Counted from the stretch's first letter, positions 19,781 to 29,621 are shown. The stretch: DNA of 64,000 nt from Candidatus Adlerbacteria bacterium (GCA_963749085.1 CAVVLG010000002.1:19178-83177); one strand, 5' to 3'. Translations and numbers: made by a program. The notes: a model not told the origin generated them from the sequence alone.

Positions 19781-20767
19781 ATGCGGGGATTTTGGGGCAC
19801 ACTACCGAAGCCTTTCTTCTGTTTAGCTCCGCTTGCGAATGTCACCGACGCGGCGTTTCGACGTGTGGTAGCGACCTATTCCAAGCCTACAGGTCCGCAG
19901 GTCATGTATACCGAATTCGTTTCTGCGGACGGACTCTTCCTTGCTGACAAAGAGGGAAGGGAGAAACTCATGCGGGATCTGATGTTCAGCGAGGCTGAGC
20001 GCCCAATAGTGGCCCAGTTTTTTACCTCTCATCCGGAGATTATGGAGAAAGCCGCAGCCTTGGCTCAGAAGCTGGGCTTTGATGGTGTTGATATCAATAT
20101 GGGTTGTCCCGACCGCAGCATCGAGAAACAAGGTGCAGGAGCAAAATTAATACTCAATCCCAAGTGCGCACAGGAACTTATTGCTGCAGCCAAACGGGGG
20201 GCGCCTCATCTGCCCGTCTCGGTTAAGACAAGGCTGGGGTATAACAAGGATAGGTTGGAAGAGTGGTTGCCGATGTTGCTTGAAGCAGAACTTGCGGCCG
20301 TTGCGTTGCATGCCCGCACGCGCAAGGAGATGTCAAAAGTGCCCGCGCATTGGGATAGGATCAAGCGAGCCGTTGAAATACGGGACGAGATGAAAAGTAG
20401 CACGCTCATCATCGGCAACGGGGATCTGAAGGATATGGATGATGCACGAGAGAAAATAAAGAAAACAGGGGCCGATGGCGCTATGCTCGGCCGAGCGATT
20501 TTCGGCCATCCCTGGTTGTTTTCCGATTCGCATGCATATGACGACAACGTTCAGAAAACATTAGACATTGCAGTTGAGCACACTAAACTGTTTGAGAATT
20601 TGCTAGGTGACATCAAGAGTTTCGCCATCATGAAAAAACACCTCAAGGCGTATGCTGAAGGTTTCCCTGGAGCCAAAGAGTTGCGTATGAAACTTATGGA
20701 AGCGAACCATGGTATCGAGGTTGAGAGAATCATAAAAAGTTTTACGGTGTTATCGGAGCGTTCATAG
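19781..20767 (+). CDS. dus: tRNA-dihydrouridine synthase
   Basis: LAPLANVTD, TEFVS, GVDINMGCP, VSVKTRLG, HART, GNGD, MLGRA. Confidence 0.93.
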   Translation: MRGFWGTLPKPFFCLAPLANVTDAAFRRVVATYSKPTGPQVMYTEFVSADGLFLADKEGREKLMRDLMFSEAERPIVAQFFTSHPEIMEKAAALAQKLGFDGVDINMGCPDRSIEKQGAGAKLILNPKCAQELIAAAKRGAPHLPVSVKTRLGYNKDRLEEWLPMLLEAELAAVALHARTRKEMSKVPAHWDRIKRAVEIRDEMKSSTLIIGNGDLKDMDDAREKIKKTGADGAMLGRAIFGHPWLFSDSHAYDDNVQKTLDIAVEHTKLFENLLGDIKSFAIMKKHLKAYAEGFPGAKELRMKLMEANHGIEVERIIKSFTVLSERS

Positions 20768-20824
20768 GTTTGCTCAACCCTTCGGGGGACCTCATGGATG
20801 ACACCGTAGATGTATCTGTGCTTC

Positions 20825-20858
20825 GTCCGCCGCATGAATACGCGGCGGGCTTTCTTTT
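20825..20858 (+). terminator. Intrinsic terminator
   Basis: GTCCGCCGC-loop-GCGGCGGGC followed by TTTCTTTT. Confidence 0.75.
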
Positions 20859-20874
20859 AGGTATACTTACACCC

Positions 20875-21921
20875 ATGAAAGGCAAAGAAAAGTCGGAAAG
20901 CTGGTCCTTGTACCGCAAATACCGACCCCAGAGCTTTGATGACATAGAGGGCGATCAGCAAATCGTCCATGTTCTCAAAGCAGCCATTAAACAAGATAAA
21001 ATAGCCCATGCCTATCTCTTTGCTGGCGGTCGCGGCACCGGCAAGACGTCGATAGCGCGCATTCTCGCGCACACATTGGGCACTAGTGATAACGATATTT
21101 ATGAAATGGACGCCGCGAGCAACCGCGGCATCGACGAAGTGCGCGAGCTGCGCGAGGGAGTAGCGACATTCCCGTTCGAATCAACCTACAAGTTTTATAT
21201 TATCGATGAAGCGCACGCTCTTACGAAAGACGCATGGGGTGCGTTACTCAAAACCCTAGAGGAACCTCCCGAGCATGTTGTGTTTGTGCTTGCAACGACT
21301 GAGCTTGAGCGGGTGCCCGAGACCATTCAATCGCGCTGTCAAGTCTTTCAATTCAAAAAGCCAACCCATGAGACTCTCAAATCTCTGGTACTGAGTGTCA
21401 CAAAAAAAGAAGGTGCGTCTTTGACGACCGCCGGTGCCGAACTCATCGCCACCGCAGGAGAGGGTTCCTTTCGGGACACGCTCGGCATTCTTCAAAAAGT
21501 CCTTACACTGTCGGCTGATACTAAGCTTACCGAAGAGGAGGTGGCAAAGGTTGTCGGCGCGCCCTCGTCAAAAACAGTCAATGAATTGCTGCAAGCCCTT
21601 GCTAAGCGGGATGTGGGGAAGGCCATAGCGTCTTTTCACGCAGGTGTGGGGAGCGGAGCAGAACCAAGTATGTTCACGCTCCTCGTTATCGCGAAAATCC
21701 GCGCGATTTTGCTTTTGCGTTTTGCCCCAAAAATAGAATCGGAGCTTGCGAACCAATTCGGCGAAGATGATCTCAAAATTCTTAAAACGCTAGCGGGAAA
21801 AGAAGGCATGGCGATAAACTCTCAGTTACTTGCCGAACTTATTACCGCGCTATTGGAAATGAACCGTGCACCTATTCCACAGATTCCGTTTGAGCTCGCC
21901 CTGTATAGAGTTTTTGAATAA
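20875..21921 (+). CDS. dnaX: DNA polymerase III gamma/tau subunit
   Basis: LYRKYRPQSF, HAYLFAGGRGTGKTS, DAASNRGIDE, IIDEAH, LLKTLEEPP, TIQSRC. Confidence 0.93.
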   Translation: MKGKEKSESWSLYRKYRPQSFDDIEGDQQIVHVLKAAIKQDKIAHAYLFAGGRGTGKTSIARILAHTLGTSDNDIYEMDAASNRGIDEVRELREGVATFPFESTYKFYIIDEAHALTKDAWGALLKTLEEPPEHVVFVLATTELERVPETIQSRCQVFQFKKPTHETLKSLVLSVTKKEGASLTTAGAELIATAGEGSFRDTLGILQKVLTLSADTKLTEEEVAKVVGAPSSKTVNELLQALAKRDVGKAIASFHAGVGSGAEPSMFTLLVIAKIRAILLLRFAPKIESELANQFGEDDLKILKTLAGKEGMAINSQLLAELITALLEMNRAPIPQIPFELALYRVFE

Positions 21922-21945
21922 AATACGCTACTCTGTAGCGTGTAT

Positions 21946-22019
21946 TGCCCGATCGTCTAACGGTAGGACAGCGGCCTTTGGAGCCGTTAATTGGGGTTCG
22001 AATCCCTGTCGGGCAGCCA
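21946..22019 (+). tRNA. tRNA-Gln(TTG)
   Basis: TGCCCGA...TCGGGCA-G-CCA, anticodon arm GCGGC CT TTG GA GCCGT. Confidence 0.96.
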
Positions 22020-22105
22020 GTTTGAGCTAGCACGAGACGCTTATGGGTCTTGAGCGCTCGAGAGGGATGCTTAGCAGATACAGGTCAAAGCGATACAATA
22101 TACAC

Positions 22106-22618
22106 ATGGAAGAAAAGACATTAAACGCACTTCGCTGGATTGTAGGAATCCTTAACAAACACCAGGTTCCTTACAGAATTGGTGGTGGATTTGCTGCGCA
22201 CATCTACGGATCAAATCGGCCGATCAACGACATAGACATTTCTCTACCCGGCAAGTATTTCTCGGCTATTGTGCCGCTAGGGGGAATCTTCCTTATTTCA
22301 CTTTTGGCGTTATTCCCATCGGGTGTACTGCCGGTGGCTTGCGTAAGCATTCTTTTTTCTATTGTCGGCAGCTGGGCTCTGTTAAATCATGACCATCGCT
22401 ATCCTTCTCATGTGCATCAGCCGAGTGATTATTGGTATATCTTTTTGACTGTTACCGTCTATGTGCTGCTCGCTGGTACGAGTATTTGGATATTACTAAC
22501 CGATGCAACACCCTACTCACTAGATGTGTTCTGCGGATTGATCGTCATACTGTTCGGGCTATCGCTCATCCGCGCATGGAGGGCACTTCTGATTACCAAA
22601 CATCATCCGTCCACGTAG
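22106..22618 (+). CDS. Chimeric ORF: nucleotidyltransferase-like N-terminus fused to a membrane-protein segment
   Basis: YRIGGGFAAHIYGSNRPINDIDI (NTase GG...DxD) switches abruptly to four hydrophobic helices. Confidence 0.5.
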   Translation: MEEKTLNALRWIVGILNKHQVPYRIGGGFAAHIYGSNRPINDIDISLPGKYFSAIVPLGGIFLISLLALFPSGVLPVACVSILFSIVGSWALLNHDHRYPSHVHQPSDYWYIFLTVTVYVLLAGTSIWILLTDATPYSLDVFCGLIVILFGLSLIRAWRALLITKHHPST

Positions 22619-22647
22619 ACTTTTCTACGTTTGATATACTACAAGTT

Positions 22648-23265
22648 ATGGAAGAATTAAAAGTGTTGGTACTCAATGGATCGCTCAAGCATGCGCCTGA
22701 TATTTCGAATACCGAAGAGGTGGCCACGTTGGTGCTCAATGAGATGAAAGTGCTTACACCTATCTCGACAGAAATTATCCGACTCTCCGACAAGCACATA
22801 CCAGTCGGCCTCGGTCTCAAAGAGAGCGACGATGACGATTGGCCCGCTATTGTGCAAAAAATCATCGCTTCCGACATCGTTATTTTTGCAACGCCGATCT
22901 GGTGGGGGGCGCAAAGCAGTTTGACCCAACGGGTTATCGAGCGTATGGACGCATTTTATGAGGAATTTATTCACGGAGGCTCTTCAGTTCTCCTTAATAA
23001 GGTTGCTGGTATTGTCATCACCGGAAGCGAGGACGGCGCGCAGGCAGTCATGTCGCGGCTCATGTCGACCCTCTCATTTCTTAACTTTACGCTACCGCCG
23101 CAGTGCTGCACCTATTGGGTCGGGGAAGTCGGCATGGATTCCGCAACCGACAGAGAGAGACGACTTAAAAATACGGCGGTTCTCGCCATGGCAAAAGAAA
23201 CCGCCAGAGGTCTAACGTATTTCTCCCTACTTCTTAAAGAGAATCCAATGAAGCCAATAAAATAA
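22648..23265 (+). CDS. Flavodoxin-fold NAD(P)H-dependent FMN reductase family protein
   Basis: VLVLNGSLK..SNT, DIVIFATPIWWG, VIERMD, NKVAGIVITG. Confidence 0.85.
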   Translation: MEELKVLVLNGSLKHAPDISNTEEVATLVLNEMKVLTPISTEIIRLSDKHIPVGLGLKESDDDDWPAIVQKIIASDIVIFATPIWWGAQSSLTQRVIERMDAFYEEFIHGGSSVLLNKVAGIVITGSEDGAQAVMSRLMSTLSFLNFTLPPQCCTYWVGEVGMDSATDRERRLKNTAVLAMAKETARGLTYFSLLLKENPMKPIK

Positions 23266-23266
23266 T

Positions 23267-23830
23267 ATGCCACTCTACAATTCTCTTATCAGTATTTGCT
23301 GGCTCGTCTTTATAGCGGTCTGGATCATATCAGCATTCAGTGCTAAAAGGACCGTGGGGCGCACTTGGCGTTTTATGGGTTTTAGGATTGTGCTTATTGT
23401 GGTCCTACTGGTACTTTTTAATTTGGAGTTTTTTCGAGGCTTAGGAGCATACCAGAGTCTTGCCTCCGTGTATCCGTGGGCGGGGCCTGTAGGCGTGGTG
23501 TTGTGCGGCCTGGGCGTCATATTGGCTGTCTGGGCTCGAGTGTATTTGGGGAGAAACTGGGGAATGCCGATGTCACTTAAAGAGCATCCGGAACTGGTAA
23601 CCACCGGTCCCTATTCCTATATCCGTCATCCTATTTACACTGGAGTTCTTCTTGCCATGCTCGGCTCGACGTTTGCCAACGAGACCTGGTGGGTCGTGAT
23701 ACTGGTTGTCTCCGGTATTTATTTTGTCTACAGTGCTACGGAGGAAGAAAAAATAATGACAAAGGAATTTCCCAACGACTACCCGTCGTATAAAGCAAGA
23801 ACGAAGATGCTTATACCGTTTGTGTTCTGA
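23267..23830 (+). CDS. Isoprenylcysteine carboxyl methyltransferase (ICMT/PEMT) family membrane protein
   Basis: LGRNWG, LVTTGPYSYIRHPIYTG, EEKIM, Y..YK..TKMLIPF. Confidence 0.88.
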   Translation: MPLYNSLISICWLVFIAVWIISAFSAKRTVGRTWRFMGFRIVLIVVLLVLFNLEFFRGLGAYQSLASVYPWAGPVGVVLCGLGVILAVWARVYLGRNWGMPMSLKEHPELVTTGPYSYIRHPIYTGVLLAMLGSTFANETWWVVILVVSGIYFVYSATEEEKIMTKEFPNDYPSYKARTKMLIPFVF

Positions 23831-23832
23831 AA

Positions 23833-24567
23833 CTATACGAAAAACTTCGCGCGTATTTTTTGAACCAAATCGTGAAAACGCAGACCCTCTTCGCGTCGCG
23901 GGTAGGGGAGTGCAACGAGGAATGTTTCTTCAATATGGCCGTCTTTCATGAGTATCACGCGGTCGGCGAGAGAGACCGCTTCTTCGATGAGGTGTGAAAC
24001 CATGACCACGGTTATCTTAGTCTCCCGCCATATTTTCAAGAGATCCTTATGCAATCCGTCGGTTGTCTTCGGGTCCAGCGCTGAGAACGGCTCATCGAGC
24101 AACAATACCTCTGGCTCAACGGCCAACGCTCTGGCAAGTCCCACGCGCTGATGCTGGCCTCCGGATAACTCCCGGGGATATTTCGAGGCAAAGTTAGAAA
24201 GCCCAACCATCTCCAGGTACTTCTGTACGGCGTTCTCAATATCCTTCTCCAGCCTTTGTTGTGCTCGCAGACCGAACTCGACATTTTCCTCCACCGTCAA
24301 CCACGGCAGCAGCGCGCCGCTTTGAAAGACCATGCTGAGCTTTTGCGGCACGTGAACCTCTCCCTTGTCGGCTTTTTCAAGTCCCGCAATTATCTTCAGC
24401 AGCGTCGATTTGCCGCAACCGGAGGGTCCCACGATGCACAGAAACTCGCTGCCGGCGACATTGAGAGATACGTCATGAAGCGCGGGTTTTTCGGTCCCCG
24501 GATAAGTTTTGCTAACACTTATGAGCGCTATGGCGCCCGCGTTATTCGAATTTGAATCGTTCTGCAT
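23833..24567 (-). CDS. NitT/TauT-type ABC transporter ATP-binding protein
   Basis: GPSGCGKST, FQSGALLPWLTVEENV, LSGGQHQR, LLLDEPFSALD. Confidence 0.9.
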   Translation of the reverse strand: MQNDSNSNNAGAIALISVSKTYPGTEKPALHDVSLNVAGSEFLCIVGPSGCGKSTLLKIIAGLEKADKGEVHVPQKLSMVFQSGALLPWLTVEENVEFGLRAQQRLEKDIENAVQKYLEMVGLSNFASKYPRELSGGQHQRVGLARALAVEPEVLLLDEPFSALDPKTTDGLHKDLLKIWRETKITVVMVSHLIEEAVSLADRVILMKDGHIEETFLVALPYPRREEGLRFHDLVQKIRAKFFV

Positions 24568-25357
24568 AGGTGAGCAATTTCTGCCACACAAAGAAGTTTA
24601 TAAAGGCAATCGCGAGCACCAAAACGATAATAGCTGCGAGGAAAGTCTGTTCCTGTCCGGCTGCCGAAGCGTGTACCAGGACGCTCCCGATGCCGAAGAG
24701 GTCGGAGTTCCCGGTAGCGCCCGGCAGATACGTATGAAGTACCTCCGCGACAATGATGATGTTCCACCCTTGGGCCCACGCAAGAAGTGAGCCGGTCACT
24801 AAATAAGGCACTACTGCGGGCAGAAGGATTTTCCGCAAATAGGAAAAACCTCTTACCCCGAATATGGTGCCGGCAGATTTAATGTCCTGTGGTATGACCC
24901 GTAGGCCCCCGACGAGGGAGAAGACGATATTCCAAAGCATGGAGACGAACAGAATGAATATCGCCGCTCCGCTCCACAGTCCGTAGTGAATGAAGAAGAC
25001 GATGACAAGGGGAAAGAATGCCAGAACCGGCACCGACTGCATGATGTCAAAGATAGGCAGGAAAATCCGCTCGGCTGCGGTACTCCACGTCACCAAAAGT
25101 GCCAGGGGAATAGAGAAGACCAAAGCAAAGGCATAGGCTATGAGAAGACGCAGGAACGTAGCCCCGAGCGCCAGAAGTAGATAGGTGATGGTGATATGCT
25201 CAGGGGTGATGGCTGTATTCGTAAAAAAACGCACCAAGACAATGGCGACAACCAAGACGAGAAGCGGTGCCAGGATGAGCGTATAGAGACTTTGATGGAG
25301 CGACTTCGGATAGCTCACCATGTGCCGATGATGCGTTCCGATGTGCTTTGAGATCAT
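24542..25357 (-). CDS. NitT/TauT-type ABC transporter permease
   Basis: Six TM helices, QSVPVLAFFP, EAA-like loop, WNIIIVAE. Confidence 0.85.
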   Translation of the reverse strand: MISKHIGTHHRHMVSYPKSLHQSLYTLILAPLLVLVVAIVLVRFFTNTAITPEHITITYLLLALGATFLRLLIAYAFALVFSIPLALLVTWSTAAERIFLPIFDIMQSVPVLAFFPLVIVFFIHYGLWSGAAIFILFVSMLWNIVFSLVGGLRVIPQDIKSAGTIFGVRGFSYLRKILLPAVVPYLVTGSLLAWAQGWNIIIVAEVLHTYLPGATGNSDLFGIGSVLVHASAAGQEQTFLAAIIVLVLAIAFINFFVWQKLLTYAERFKFE

Positions 25358-25442
25358 AAGAAAAGTTTAGCACGCCGTTTCCGGCTTGTTTCTACTCTTT
25401 CTTTTTGGTATGTATGGAAGCGGAACCTATAGGGAGGCTCTT

Positions 25443-25868
25443 ATGGGCAATACATGGATGGAAGCTGCGCGTCGCTATGCAAGACTAAGAAAGGACGTTG
25501 ATATTACTGAGGATAAAATTCCCGCCATCATTGCGGTTGCACGAGAACTCATGCGTTTTCACAGGAGCATCGAGGCACTCGACGCGATGTTGTTGCTGGA
25601 ACTAGCCGGCGGTGTTATCTCCTTCGGGAAGGGGAAGGGCAAGATGGCTGAAGAGGCTCTATTTTGTTGGAGTTCTCGAGGTCCATCCAAGGTACTGCTT
25701 GGCGGTCTCGGAGCCTTGGTTGGTCAGGGTGAACCACTCCCAGCATCCTTTATCGATTGTGCGAAAGCCATTGTGCGCGGGGGTATAAGTGCCGAGGACT
25801 TCCCACATTGGTTCAAAGCAAAGCTCGATGAAGTTGCCGCCAAAGCCCCCACATCCCTCGAAGTTTGA
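25443..25868 (+). CDS. Hypothetical protein
   Basis: ORF with strong SD (AGGGAGG) before ATG 25443; hairpin downstream. Confidence 0.6.
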   Translation: MGNTWMEAARRYARLRKDVDITEDKIPAIIAVARELMRFHRSIEALDAMLLLELAGGVISFGKGKGKMAEEALFCWSSRGPSKVLLGGLGALVGQGEPLPASFIDCAKAIVRGGISAEDFPHWFKAKLDEVAAKAPTSLEV

Positions 25869-25917
25869 AGGCAAGCCCGGATTACTTCGGGCTTTTTCTT
25901 ATGGTAAAATTGAAAAA

Positions 25918-27588
25918 ATGTCGCTTGCAGAGGAGTTAAAAAAAGTGATGCGGGGAGAAGTCGAGGATTTCCCCGAAGTGCTTGAGGCTAATGCTCGCGA
26001 CGCCAGCCTTTTTTATGTAAAGCCTCAAGTCGTGGCGCGTCCTATGGATGCGGACGATGTATGTGCGGCGGTGAAGTTGGTGAACGAAAAAAAGAAAACA
26101 CCCGACTCGACTATATCACTCACCGCCCGCTCGGCGGGTACTGACATGTCGGGAGGTCCGCTGAATAATTCGATTATTTTGGACATGACGAAACATCTCA
26201 ACCGTCTTATTGAATTGGGGAGTGACTTTGCGGTGGTTGAACCGGGTATGTATTTCCGCGATTTTGACAAGGAAACGAAAAAGAAAAATCTGGAATTGCC
26301 GAGCTATACCGCAAGTCGCGAGATTAATACGGTGGGCGGTATGGTAGCTAACAACTCTGGGGGAGAGAAGAACCTCAAATACGGCAAGACTGCCCGCTAT
26401 GTGGAGGAGCTTGACATGGTGCTCTCCGACGGAGGGAAGTACACGTTTAAGAACCTTGGGGGCGTTGATCTACGCCACAAGCTCTCCGACGACTCCTTCG
26501 AAGGCTCCTTATACCGCCGCGTATCGGCACTGGTGAGCGCACCAGAGCACGTCAAGGTCATAGAAGAGCACAAGCCGAAAGTGGAGAAAAATTCCTCTGG
26601 CTACGCGCTATGGGACATTGGCGACGGGAAAGAGTCGCTCAATCTCGCACGGCTCATGGTGGGGGCGCAGGGGACACTCGGCATCATCACAAAAATAAAG
26701 TATAAGCTCGTGCACCCTAAGCCCTATTCGGCTATGACTATTCTTTTTCTCGATTCGCTCGATGAGCTCGGGGTAATAGTGCCGGAGGTATTGGCACACA
26801 GACCCGACTCCTTTGAATCCTACGACGACCACACGTTTTCCATAGCGATGAAGTATCTGCCCGAACTCGCCACCCAAATGAAATCTGGATTGATCTCCCT
26901 CGGCATATCCTTTTTGCCTGAGCTGTGGATGGTGATTACAGGTGGCGTGCCAAAACTCGTCCTTATCGTGGAGTTTCGCGCGGATACGCAGGAGGAAGCG
27001 CTCGCGAAAGCCGAGACCCTCGCGGAGGAAGCCAAGCACAACCGCCAGCATATAGGTGTACGTGTCGCTAAAAATGAAGCCGCCGGGATGAAATACTGGG
27101 CCGTGCGACGGGAGAGTTTTAATCTGCTGCGCAAAAAGATCCGCGGCAAACGCACCGCTCCTTTCATAGACGATTTTGTGGTACCCCCGCTGAAGCTACC
27201 GGAATTTCTGCCCAAATTAAATGCTATTCTCGCGCAGTATAAGCTCACCTATACGGTGGCGGGACACGTCGGTGATGGCAATTTTCACATTATTCCGCTG
27301 GTTGACCCCAACGATCCGACACTAGGGAAGACCATTGATGAGCTCTCCCACAAGGTATATGACCTGGTGGTATCGTATCAGGGGTCTATAACGGGGGAGC
27401 ACAACGATGGCCTTATTCGCACGCCTTACGTGGAGAAGATGTTCGGTTCCGAGATGTATGCGCTCTTCCACGAGGTTAAGATGATTTTTGATCCGCTCAA
27501 TATCTTCAATCCGGGTAAAAAAGTTGGCGGCACGTTTTCTGATGCACTCGAGAAACTTGATCTGCCCAAAAATAATTCACTTTCCTAG
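25918..27588 (+). CDS. FAD-linked oxidoreductase (GlcD/D-lactate dehydrogenase family)
   Basis: RSAGTDMSGG, VEPG, GGMVANNSGG, GAQGTLGIIT, GHVGDGNFH, GEHNDG, DPLNIFNPGK. Confidence 0.9.
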   Translation: MSLAEELKKVMRGEVEDFPEVLEANARDASLFYVKPQVVARPMDADDVCAAVKLVNEKKKTPDSTISLTARSAGTDMSGGPLNNSIILDMTKHLNRLIELGSDFAVVEPGMYFRDFDKETKKKNLELPSYTASREINTVGGMVANNSGGEKNLKYGKTARYVEELDMVLSDGGKYTFKNLGGVDLRHKLSDDSFEGSLYRRVSALVSAPEHVKVIEEHKPKVEKNSSGYALWDIGDGKESLNLARLMVGAQGTLGIITKIKYKLVHPKPYSAMTILFLDSLDELGVIVPEVLAHRPDSFESYDDHTFSIAMKYLPELATQMKSGLISLGISFLPELWMVITGGVPKLVLIVEFRADTQEEALAKAETLAEEAKHNRQHIGVRVAKNEAAGMKYWAVRRESFNLLRKKIRGKRTAPFIDDFVVPPLKLPEFLPKLNAILAQYKLTYTVAGHVGDGNFHIIPLVDPNDPTLGKTIDELSHKVYDLVVSYQGSITGEHNDGLIRTPYVEKMFGSEMYALFHEVKMIFDPLNIFNPGKKVGGTFSDALEKLDLPKNNSLS

Positions 27589-28089
27589 CACACGCTTCAT
27601 GGCGGAGGGCATGGCGCTTATATCCCCCCATGCCCAATCATCTTTTGGGATGCCACGGTGATAGACATAGCCATTCTCAACAAGTGCAAAATTAAGATGA
27701 TTCAGAGGTAAAATAAGCATGCTAGCCACTCCAAATTCACCGCCTTCAGGGGCATAGATCGCTACGCCGAACACGCGGGTACGTTGGAATAGTTCGGTTT
27801 CTATTTCATCAAGACTTTCAAGCAAGGCTTTAAGTATGGAGGGCACATTGAACCAATATGTTGGTGTGGCAATGAAAAGGGCATCACACGCAAGAATTTC
27901 TTTTTGGTACTCACTTAAAATATCAGGTCTAAGAGAAGGATATACGCCTCTTGAAAAGGGCGGAGGAGTATCATGAAGTTGTAATTCCGCCACTTCCCCA
28001 ACAGATTCAGCCGCCTTTTTGAAGGCGTCTACAAACCTGGCAGTATTACCGTTTTTATGTGGGGAAGCATTTATGATAAGAAATTGCAT
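27577..28089 (-). CDS. Flavodoxin family protein
   Basis: INASPHKNGNT, IATPTYWFNVPSILKALLE. Confidence 0.8.
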   Translation of the reverse strand: MQFLIINASPHKNGNTARFVDAFKKAAESVGEVAELQLHDTPPPFSRGVYPSLRPDILSEYQKEILACDALFIATPTYWFNVPSILKALLESLDEIETELFQRTRVFGVAIYAPEGGEFGVASMLILPLNHLNFALVENGYVYHRGIPKDDWAWGDISAMPSAMKRVLGK

Positions 28090-28153
28090 ATCGCCACTTT
28101 ACCATACGTCGGTTCTCTCAGTAAAAAAATAGATAGTTTGCTATAATACTCCC

Positions 28154-28798
28154 ATGAAAATCACAAAGCTTGGTCATTGCGCATTGGTACTAGAAGTGGG
28201 AGGAGTGAAAGTACTCACCGACCCGGGGAGTTTTACCACTGAAGCCCAGAATACGGTTACGGGTGTTGACGTAGTCTTGATTACACATGAGCATCAAGAC
28301 CACTTTCATATAGACTCGCTCAAGGTTATTATCACCAACAATCCGCAGGCGATTGTAGTAACCAACAAAGCAGTTGCCGCCCTTATAGGCAAAGAAGATA
28401 TGCGCGTAACGGTCGAGATCGTGGGTGACGGGGAATCCGTCACGGCAAACGGTGTCACCATCGAAGGCTTTGGCAAAGACCACGCCCCTATTTACGGCAC
28501 TATGGGTTTGGTTGAGAACACCGGATATCTTGTCGCGGGCAAGTTCTATTTTCCCGGTGATAACTTCCATGTGCCTGGCAGAGATGTCGACGTGCTGGCG
28601 CTTCCCGTAGCGGGCCCGTGGATGAAGATCTCGGAGTGCATCGACTTTGCAAAAGAAATTAGGGCTCGTGTAGCCTTTGGGGTGCACGATGGAATGATAG
28701 TACCGAGCTTTCGCGGGTTTGTCGGTATGATGTTGAAAAACTTCATTCCTGGGACAGAGTATGTAGCGCTTGCCGATGGAGAATCGAGAGAATTTTAG
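28154..28798 (+). CDS. MBL-fold metallo-hydrolase
   Basis: LGHCA, TDPG, THEHQDH, PGD, LALPV, GVHD. Confidence 0.88.
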   Translation: MKITKLGHCALVLEVGGVKVLTDPGSFTTEAQNTVTGVDVVLITHEHQDHFHIDSLKVIITNNPQAIVVTNKAVAALIGKEDMRVTVEIVGDGESVTANGVTIEGFGKDHAPIYGTMGLVENTGYLVAGKFYFPGDNFHVPGRDVDVLALPVAGPWMKISECIDFAKEIRARVAFGVHDGMIVPSFRGFVGMMLKNFIPGTEYVALADGESREF

Positions 28799-29235
28799 AG
28801 AAATGGCCAGCGGAAAAGCAGAATGGCAACGGCGACGGTACCGAACCAGCAGAAGGTTGAAATTCCCCCACTAATAAAAAGAGGGAGGCGCTCGCGGAAG
28901 GTAAGCGAGCTGTACGAGCGTTCAACCGCAACGTGCATTAACCACTCGACAAAGAATGAGTTAATAAGCAGAGTCGCGACAGAGAACATTTTCAGCCAAA
29001 AGAGCGGCTGGAAAAGTAAGTAGTCGCGCAGGGGCCAAAACAAATATAGGCCACTTAGAATAAGACCTGAGAGACCCACCGTAACTATCCAATGCAGTCT
29101 AAATACCTTTTTCCGGTGCGTGGCATCTATCCCGCCTTGCATCCACTGCAGTGCCGAATGGTCGGCAAGCAAGATTCCAATACCGGCCAGCGCAAGGAAC
29201 CCTAAATGAATTAAAACAAATATATTAGTAGTCAT
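28795..29235 (-). CDS. Four-helix membrane protein
   Basis: Four hydrophobic segments with His residues; overlaps the upstream cytochrome b5 gene by 4 nt. Confidence 0.65.
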   Translation of the reverse strand: MTTNIFVLIHLGFLALAGIGILLADHSALQWMQGGIDATHRKKVFRLHWIVTVGLSGLILSGLYLFWPLRDYLLFQPLFWLKMFSVATLLINSFFVEWLMHVAVERSYSSLTFRERLPLFISGGISTFCWFGTVAVAILLFRWPFL

Positions 29236-29618
29236 TGAGCAAGTGCGCCGATGTAGAAGGTGGCGAGCTCCTGCGCGGGCTGGTTCTGCCCGCCATGTTG
29301 GGCGTTAAATGCCGCGGAGCCGTCTGTGCCGCACAAGGGTAAGATATGCTCGGGACCCCCCGGATGTTGGCCAATCCAATTGGTCACGTCATAGACATTG
29401 CCGTTAATAGCCGTCCAGCAGCTCTGGGCACTGTTGTGCTGTGCCACCTGCACCATCGTATAGCTTTGCACGGTGGAACTTGCAGTCGTTGAAGATGCGG
29501 TAGAAGAAGTAGTCTGAGTGATGCTCTGCGGAGCGGGTGCAGGCAGCGTGAAATACGCGATGGCGAGCACGATGATAAGGACCGCACCCAAGGTGCTTAA
29601 GACAATTTTAGTCTTCAT
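29232..29618 (-). CDS. Membrane-anchored cytochrome b5-like heme-binding protein
   Basis: VAQHNSAQSCWTAINGNVYDVT.WI.QHPGG...CGTDGS.AF..QH. Confidence 0.9.
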   Translation of the reverse strand: MKTKIVLSTLGAVLIIVLAIAYFTLPAPAPQSITQTTSSTASSTTASSTVQSYTMVQVAQHNSAQSCWTAINGNVYDVTNWIGQHPGGPEHILPLCGTDGSAAFNAQHGGQNQPAQELATFYIGALAQ

Positions 29619-29621
29619 GTA

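Noticed and set aside
20743-20810. SRP (4.5S) RNA call
   Set aside because: The position upstream of dnaX is suggestive, but the CAGG..GNRA..AGCAG helix-8 signature is not convincingly present on either strand; kept only as an unassigned structured RNA.
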